Part shown: piece by piece, positions 26,517 through 32,132 of the stretch | Numbering within the stretch: the stretch's first letter is position 1 | How the letters are laid out: every line of letters starts with the position of its first letter | NCBI GenBank assembly: GCA_031359775.1 | Contig: JANMAL010000663.1 | Coordinates: forward strand, 1 to 32,132 | Direction of reading: 5' to 3' | Source of the DNA: Blastocatellia bacterium | GTDB lineage: Bacteria > Acidobacteriota > Blastocatellia > RBC074 | DNA length: 32,132 nt | Position numbers and translations under genes: made by a program | Notes under the pieces: model-generated | What the model was told of the DNA's origin: nothing | Seen by the model: only the letters and a program-made list of their open reading frames with translations | Database searches by the model: none

Positions 26517-27065
26517 TTAAGGCAAATAAAACGGCATTACCCAGTCACCATAAACCAATACGCCTGCTTTTACCTCTTCCAGTAAGCGCGGGAAGCTCAG
26601 CGTAAGTTCATACGCCTCGCCGGGTTTGAGTTGAATGCGTCCGCTGTCGGGAACTTTGCCAGTGGTTGGCATGCGGTCTTTCAGCTTATATTCATTGCAC
26701 TGCTCATCGCGCAAATACGCCCGGCCTTTTTCATTAATCAGCCATCTTCCGCGACTCATCGAATATTGCGGCACATCAAATTCCACCGACTCATGCACGG
26801 CATACGCAATCAGCTTGACGCTGGTTTGTTCGGGTTCATTGCGAACTGAAACCAGCGCCAGCCGTACGTTGCCTTTGGGTTGGGTAGCAGGAATACACGT
26901 CTGAAATTTCGCGCGTTCGCTTTGGCGCCACTCGGCTTCCGTTAATTTTTTTTCGCGCCGACAAGAGGCCCCACCAATTACAAATAAAACAGCAATACAA
27001 AAAAAGAGAAAGAACGTGCTGCCCCGTTGCCTACTGTTTCCAGCCTGTAGCCTTTGACTTTGCAT
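26517..27065 (-). CDS. Small exported protein / possible lipoprotein, hypothetical
   Basis: ATG 27065 (MQSQRLQ..) has AAGGTG 5 nt upstream and lies 4 nt after the upstream stop. The ORF-track start 27086 would overlap that gene. It has a hydrophobic signal (STFFLFFCIAVLFVIGGAS-C) with a weak lipobox-like Cys. Confidence 0.55.
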   Translation of the reverse strand: MQSQRLQAGNSRQRGSTFFLFFCIAVLFVIGGASCRREKKLTEAEWRQSERAKFQTCIPATQPKGNVRLALVSVRNEPEQTSVKLIAYAVHESVEFDVPQYSMSRGRWLINEKGRAYLRDEQCNEYKLKDRMPTTGKVPDSGRIQLKPGEAYELTLSFPRLLEEVKAGVLVYGDWVMPFYLP

Positions 27066-27069
27066 GGTT

Positions 27070-28992
27070 TCACCTTGCGCGTACATACGGACGTGATTGC
27101 ACTATATAAATTTGCTTGCCCACAGTTAACCATTCAATATCCTGATCACGCCCATTGAAAGTGCGCTTGATCTTTGCGGCGGCCCGTGCCAGGCGCTGAA
27201 TTAAGTCATTCGTCAGCACAGCGCGATTGGTTTCGATTTTGATTTCGCGCACGCCGCCCTGTGCATCGAATTTCAGCATGGTGTCATCGTCTGAACGCGT
27301 CAACACCTTGATTGCGCTGGAACGCGGTTGGTAAATAATTTGCTCGGCGACGCGTTTGCCCTCGACCACGCGAATGCCCAAGCCGCGCTTAGCATTAAGA
27401 TAAATAGCGCCTTTGTCTTCGGCATCGAATGGATTGGTCGTAATCATCACCCCGGCGGCATCGGCGTTGATCCCTTCCTGTATTAAGACTGATGGATAGA
27501 CAGCAGAATGATTGATGCCTGCACTTTCCCGCGCTTCATAGGCTTCGTAATTCCAGAGGGAGGCCCAGACCGTTTTGATCGCTTCGTCCAAGGCCGCCTC
27601 GCTTTTGACATTTGGAACACTGGTGTACAGACCTGCACCGCTGAAGTTGGGCAAATCTTCAGAGTTCGTCGAACTGCGCGCAAATACACCTTTTTTTTCC
27701 AAGCTGCCGAAGGTTGACCGCACTTTTGCGTGTAGCCTTTGCTGGAAAGTGGAATTATGCTTTCCTGCTTGAATGCTTTGCCGCAGTTCTGCCAACTGTT
27801 GCTTGCGATACGCTGGATCGTGATTAAAGCGGTCGTTGCCCAACAAAGTAACAATTTTTTCAGTCAGTTTATTATCTTGCAAAAACTGCTCGTAAAAAGA
27901 AAACGGAACGCTGAATCCTGGCGGCACAATCACGCCGGGAAGCTTGCCTAAGGTCGCCGCGTGCATCACTTCGCCAAGGTTGGCTGCTTTGGCACCGAAG
28001 CGCTGTGCATGTTTCATTCGCTGGTCTTTGAGTTCAGTCAATTGCTGGAATTCCAAATCAGCTTCAGGCGTCAATAAATTTGAGCGTTCGGCAAGCTTGC
28101 GTCCGGCTTCGGCAGTTTCCTTAAGTTCCGCCGCGCGTAGCACGAAACCATCCTCGCGCGCCTCGAAGTAAACGAATTTACCAACCAGTGCTTTGAATAT
28201 CTCATCCGCATTTTTTACGTAAGCGTTGGGAATGCCCCAGCCCGCCGCCAGCAAATTCACGTGGGCCAGTGGTGTTGAGAAATTTGTTGTAATAACGCCC
28301 GACACTGGCGTAAGCGTGATGGGCGACTCGCGGAAGATAACGATTTCGTTGCGATCCAGAATCGTGTCATCCGTCACCTTGTCAATCACGCGCAGCATCC
28401 CGACAGCTCTGGCCTGATGGAGCGGCAAGTAATCTTTCGTCGTGCCAAGCTCCGCCGCACGTAGGGTGGGCAGGTCTTTAAGCTGGCCCGCCGAAGTCTC
28501 CTGATGCTTGGAATTTGGTTTGAAATAGAGCGGCGCAAAAAATGAAGCGGTAAGTTTTTGTGCAGCCTCTTTTAATAGCTCAGCCGTGACCAAATCACCT
28601 TCCCAAAACTCGAAGGTAAACTTGTTCGCTTTGGTTTGAAAGGCAATTGTGCCGAGCAAAAAGCGCCGCTCACTTTCCAGATAATTGTGTTTGAAGAATT
28701 CCCGCCCGCGTTCGAGCGTGAGATAATTAGCGTTGACGAAATCCTTGTGGAAGGAGTAACCCTTGGAGTTCACATAGTACACTTGGCCTTGCGGGGCGCG
28801 ATCTATCACAAACATCAAATGCGGCAACGCGTAAAAACGACCTTGATAATAGATGCGCGCCAGTTGGTCGAATTCAGCGTGCGTTTTAATATGATCGCGC
28901 GAACGAGGCGTGACTGGCCCTGTACTGCGGCTGATTTGGGCCGAAGTTGGAGTCAGCAGCAATAGCAAAAGTAAAGCAGTGAGGAGTTTCAT
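27070..28992 (-). CDS. Signal-peptide-bearing dikinase-like protein: unknown N-domain + PEP-utiliser His-swivel-like domain + PPDK_N (PEP/pyruvate-binding ATP-grasp) domain
   Basis: It has a Sec-type signal ([19 protein letters not shown]). The C-terminal ~310 aa carry PPDK_N hallmarks ([76 protein letters not shown]). Residues ~215-300 ([43 protein letters not shown]...[16 protein letters not shown]) resemble the mobile phospho-His domain. ATG 28992 is preferred over GTG 29001. Confidence 0.7.
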   Translation of the reverse strand: MKLLTALLLLLLLTPTSAQISRSTGPVTPRSRDHIKTHAEFDQLARIYYQGRFYALPHLMFVIDRAPQGQVYYVNSKGYSFHKDFVNANYLTLERGREFFKHNYLESERRFLLGTIAFQTKANKFTFEFWEGDLVTAELLKEAAQKLTASFFAPLYFKPNSKHQETSAGQLKDLPTLRAAELGTTKDYLPLHQARAVGMLRVIDKVTDDTILDRNEIVIFRESPITLTPVSGVITTNFSTPLAHVNLLAAGWGIPNAYVKNADEIFKALVGKFVYFEAREDGFVLRAAELKETAEAGRKLAERSNLLTPEADLEFQQLTELKDQRMKHAQRFGAKAANLGEVMHAATLGKLPGVIVPPGFSVPFSFYEQFLQDNKLTEKIVTLLGNDRFNHDPAYRKQQLAELRQSIQAGKHNSTFQQRLHAKVRSTFGSLEKKGVFARSSTNSEDLPNFSGAGLYTSVPNVKSEAALDEAIKTVWASLWNYEAYEARESAGINHSAVYPSVLIQEGINADAAGVMITTNPFDAEDKGAIYLNAKRGLGIRVVEGKRVAEQIIYQPRSSAIKVLTRSDDDTMLKFDAQGGVREIKIETNRAVLTNDLIQRLARAAAKIKRTFNGRDQDIEWLTVGKQIYIVQSRPYVRAR

Positions 28993-29001
28993 AAATTCCA
29001 C

Positions 29002-29985
29002 ATGACAAAGTTGGAAAAAAAACTACGCGCCAGTTTGCGCAAGCTGAATATTAGCAAACAGGCTCGAATTCTGGTTGCGGTTTCCGGCGGTGCCGACTCA
29101 ACCGCGCTGCTGGATGCTTTGGCGCGTTGGAAAAAATCCGAACATCTTTTTGCCGCCCATCTGAACCACTTATTGCGCGGCGCAGAATCGGCTGCTGATG
29201 AAACGTTTGTGCGCGCAATAACCGGACAGCGTAATGTGCCGGTTTTTATTGCGCAGGAAAATGTTGCCGCCTATGCGGCGGACGAGAAAAAAAATCTGGA
29301 GGCCACCGCGCGCCGCCTGCGCTATGACTTTTTGCTGCGCACTGCCGCGCACTGCCAAGCGGAAGTCATTGTGACGGCTCATACCCACGACGATCAAGTC
29401 GAGACGTTACTAATGCGATTGTTGCGCGGGACGAGCGCCGCCGGATTGCAGGGGATTCACTCGCAAGTCGCGCTCTCTGCTACTGTCCAATTGCTTCGCC
29501 CTATTTTGGAAATCACCCGAATTGAGGTACTCGAACATTGTGAACGGTATCAACTGCCTTTTCGGCAAGACAGCTCGAACGCATCGGCAGAGTTTACGCG
29601 TAATCGCGTTCGCCACGAGTTGTTGCCTTTGTTGCAAACCTTCAATCCCAACTTTGGAGCGACACTTATTCGTACGGCTTTCCAACTGAATGAAGATGAT
29701 GAGCATCTACAATTCGAAGCGGGGCGCTGGGTTAATGAATTATCTGAAGACCAGGCGCTCAACTTTGCTCCGCTCCGCACCTTGCACGGGGCTTTGCGGC
29801 GACGCATATTGCTGCATTGGCTTAGGCGGACGCGCGGCGCTGTCAAGCGCCTTGGTACAGTTCATTTAATAGCGATTGAGCATTTAATATTGCAAGGCGA
29901 GGGTGGTCGTTATGTCGAGTTGCCTGGCAACTGGCGCATTTATCGGTGTGGCATGCGGCTAAAGCTGCAACCGGTCGCAAAATGA
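29002..29985 (+). CDS. tilS: tRNA(Ile)-lysidine synthetase
   Basis: 327-aa ORF. It has the PP-loop [18 protein letters not shown], plus HLNHLLRG and [18 protein letters not shown], all typical TilS blocks. It lies upstream of ftsH as in many bacteria. Confidence 0.85.
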   Translation: MTKLEKKLRASLRKLNISKQARILVAVSGGADSTALLDALARWKKSEHLFAAHLNHLLRGAESAADETFVRAITGQRNVPVFIAQENVAAYAADEKKNLEATARRLRYDFLLRTAAHCQAEVIVTAHTHDDQVETLLMRLLRGTSAAGLQGIHSQVALSATVQLLRPILEITRIEVLEHCERYQLPFRQDSSNASAEFTRNRVRHELLPLLQTFNPNFGATLIRTAFQLNEDDEHLQFEAGRWVNELSEDQALNFAPLRTLHGALRRRILLHWLRRTRGAVKRLGTVHLIAIEHLILQGEGGRYVELPGNWRIYRCGMRLKLQPVAK

Positions 29986-30131
29986 ATCCGTACTGAAAGG
30001 CGAGTAGTAAGCTTTTTCAAGGCTTGCGCTCGTGGTTTTTTGCTACTTTTGCTTGTCTGGAATGAAAATGCTGAGCGGAACAGAAAAAAATAGGCTATGA
30101 TTGCAACAGGTCTTTAACGGAGGTATCTGAT

Positions 30132-32045
30132 TTGAACTCGACAATGAAACAAGTGCTTGTTTGGGTGCTCATGATCGTGGGCGCAGTTGCTATTTATGCT
30201 TTCCTGCATAGCACCGGCAGTAATATTCAGGAAATTTCTTACCTGGAATTGGTGCGGAAAATTGGCAATAAAGAAGTGCAGGCGGCGATCATCAAGCCCA
30301 GCGAAGTCACCGGGTCGCTAACCAGCGGAGTCAAATTTACCAGCAAGATTTCCGGCGATGCCGTTTCTGCAAAGTTGGCAGATGAGCTGGTCAAGAATAG
30401 TGTTGACGTTAAATTTGACAACACTTCGACAGGTGGTTTGTGGGCATCAATCTTAATTACCTGGGCACCAATTCTGCTTATTGCTGCTTTCTGGATTTTC
30501 ATGCTGCGGCAAATGCAATCCGGCGGTAACAAAGCTCTCTCATTTGGTAAGAGCCGCGCCAAATTGTTGTCTAATCAACAAAAACGCGTGACCTTCAAGG
30601 ACGTCGCAGGCGTCGAAGAAGCCAAAGAAGAGTTACAGGAAATTATTGAATTTTTGAAAGAGCCGCAAAAATTTCAAAAACTGGGCGGGCGCATTCCCAA
30701 GGGCGTCTTGATGATGGGGCCGCCAGGCACGGGCAAAACGTTGCTGGCGCGGGCCATCGCGGGTGAAGCGAACGTACCGTTTTTCTCCATTTCAGGTTCT
30801 GATTTCGTGGAAATGTTTGTCGGCGTCGGTGCGAGCCGCGTCCGCGATCTGTTTGAGCAAGGCAAGAAAAACGCCCCTTGTATCATCTTCATTGATGAAA
30901 TTGACGCAGTGGGTCGGCATCGTGGTGCGGGCCTGGGCGGCGGTCACGACGAACGTGAACAAACGCTCAACCAGCTATTAGTAGAGATGGATGGCTTTGA
31001 ATCGAATGACGGGGTAATTCTCATTGCCTCGACCAATCGCCCGGACGTCCTTGATCCGGCGTTGCTCAGACCTGGACGCTTTGATCGTCGGGTGGTTGTA
31101 AACCGTCCTGATGTGCGAGGCCGCGAAGGAATTCTGGCCGTTCACACACGGAAAATCCCACTGGGTGAAGACGTCGAAATCTTTGTGATTGCGCGTGGTA
31201 CTCCTGGTTTCACGGGCGCTGATCTTGCCAATCTTGTTAATGAAGCTGCGCTGAATGCGGCTCGCTTCAACAAGAAAGCCGTTTCGATGTACGATTTCGA
31301 ATGGGCAAAAGATAAGGTGCTGATGGGGTCAGAACGTAAATCTGCGGTGATGTCCGAAGATGAAAAAAAGACGACAGCTTATCACGAAGCAGGTCATACG
31401 ATCATTGGCATGAAAGTGCCGAATGCTGATCCAGTTCACAAAGTCACGATTATTCCGCGCGGTATGGCGCTTGGTCTGACGCAGCAATTGCCTGAAGGAG
31501 ACCGCTATACGCACAGTTCGGAATACATCGAAGGTTCGATTGCGATTCTGATGGGTGGGCGCTTGGCCGAAGAAATCTTCCTCGGCAAAATTACCACTGG
31601 AGCCTCAAATGACATCGAACGTGCAACAGAAATGGCGCGCAAGATGGTTTGCGAATTCGGTATGTCAAGCCTCGGCCCGTTAACTTTTGGTAAGAAGGAA
31701 GAGCAAATCTTTCTGGGCCGTGAAATCGCACAACATCAGGATTATAGTGAAGACACTGCCATCATGATTGACCAGGAAGTGAAACGTATCGTGATGGATC
31801 AATACGAACGTGCGCGTCAACTGATGCTTGAAAACAAAGAAGTGACGGAGAAGCTGGCGCTGGCGTTGCTGCAAAAAGAAACGCTGGATGCTGTGCAAAT
31901 TCGCCGAGTTGTTGCAGGCTTGCCGTTAGATGATGATGGGCCGTCTCCGAGCAAAACTCCTGACGTACCCAAATCACCGGACAAAGAACCAATGCTGAAG
32001 CCGATCCTGCCGCCCATCACGGGTGGTAATCCGGCGACAGCCTGA
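30132..32045 (+). CDS. ftsH: ATP-dependent zinc metalloprotease FtsH
   Basis: It has an N-terminal TM, Walker A (GPPGTGKT), Walker B (IIFIDEIDA), the SRH ([19 protein letters not shown]) and the zinc motif HEAGH. TTG 30132 lies 9 nt after GGAGG. The alternative ATG is at 30144. Confidence 0.95.
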   Translation: MNSTMKQVLVWVLMIVGAVAIYAFLHSTGSNIQEISYLELVRKIGNKEVQAAIIKPSEVTGSLTSGVKFTSKISGDAVSAKLADELVKNSVDVKFDNTSTGGLWASILITWAPILLIAAFWIFMLRQMQSGGNKALSFGKSRAKLLSNQQKRVTFKDVAGVEEAKEELQEIIEFLKEPQKFQKLGGRIPKGVLMMGPPGTGKTLLARAIAGEANVPFFSISGSDFVEMFVGVGASRVRDLFEQGKKNAPCIIFIDEIDAVGRHRGAGLGGGHDEREQTLNQLLVEMDGFESNDGVILIASTNRPDVLDPALLRPGRFDRRVVVNRPDVRGREGILAVHTRKIPLGEDVEIFVIARGTPGFTGADLANLVNEAALNAARFNKKAVSMYDFEWAKDKVLMGSERKSAVMSEDEKKTTAYHEAGHTIIGMKVPNADPVHKVTIIPRGMALGLTQQLPEGDRYTHSSEYIEGSIAILMGGRLAEEIFLGKITTGASNDIERATEMARKMVCEFGMSSLGPLTFGKKEEQIFLGREIAQHQDYSEDTAIMIDQEVKRIVMDQYERARQLMLENKEVTEKLALALLQKETLDAVQIRRVVAGLPLDDDGPSPSKTPDVPKSPDKEPMLKPILPPITGGNPATA

Positions 32046-32069
32046 TTCGCAAGCTTATTTAAAGCAATA

Positions 32070-32112
32070 AAATGCGGCGACTGAGAATTCTCTCAGTCGC
32101 CGCATTTGTTTT
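32070..32112 (+). terminator. Rho-independent terminator after ftsH
   Basis: 17-bp perfect stem AAATGCGGCGACTGAGA (32070-32086), loop ATTC, then TCTCAGTCGCCGCATTT (32091-32107), followed by GTTTT. Confidence 0.85.
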
Positions 32113-32132
32113 GACTTGCTTTCCTAGCGCCT

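Overview
A 32.1-kb chromosomal window at mid GC, densely coding with about 26 real genes. I found no rRNA, tRNA, CRISPR array, transposase or integrase by eye. The gene content points to an Acidobacteriota-like soil bacterium, which is an inference. It includes a 1260-aa TonB-dependent receptor with an N-terminal carboxypeptidase-regulatory-like domain, a Tat-exported Gfo/Idh/MocA oxidoreductase paired with a PmoA-like protein, and a very large secreted TPR protein.

Layout, left to right:
1. galU and a 1060-aa TPR protein (minus strand).
2. A sugar-utilisation neighbourhood: UxaA-family dehydratase, a Uma2 nuclease, the PmoA-like plus Tat-Gfo pair, divergent nagB/nagA, an ExuT-like MFS transporter, a GntR/FadR regulator, a 229-aa TonB-receptor remnant and the full-length TonB-dependent receptor.
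3. A five-gene operon built on the circularly permuted ATP-grasp / alpha-E / transglutaminase triad, interrupted by two small extra genes.
4. A minus-strand cassette of radical SAM (SPASM/twitch-like), an MGDG-synthase/UgtP-like glycosyltransferase and a FabG-like SDR.
5. A protein with two zinc ribbons.
6. A signal-peptide-bearing dikinase-like protein (His-swivel domain followed by an ATP-grasp PPDK_N domain) with a small exported partner.
7. tilS and ftsH with a clean terminator.

The best candidates for uncharacterised biology are:
- the expanded ATP-grasp/alpha-E/transglutaminase operon and its repeat-built hairpin over the transglutaminase start codon;
- the radical SAM-glycosyltransferase-SDR putative glycolipid cassette;
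- the apparently exported dikinase-like enzyme.

Smaller observations include a symmetric 16-nt element in front of both nagB and nagA, an internally deleted TonB receptor that keeps its C-terminal beta-signal, and a C9 homopolymer inside the TPR gene. All functional calls come from motif recognition by eye. No searches were run.
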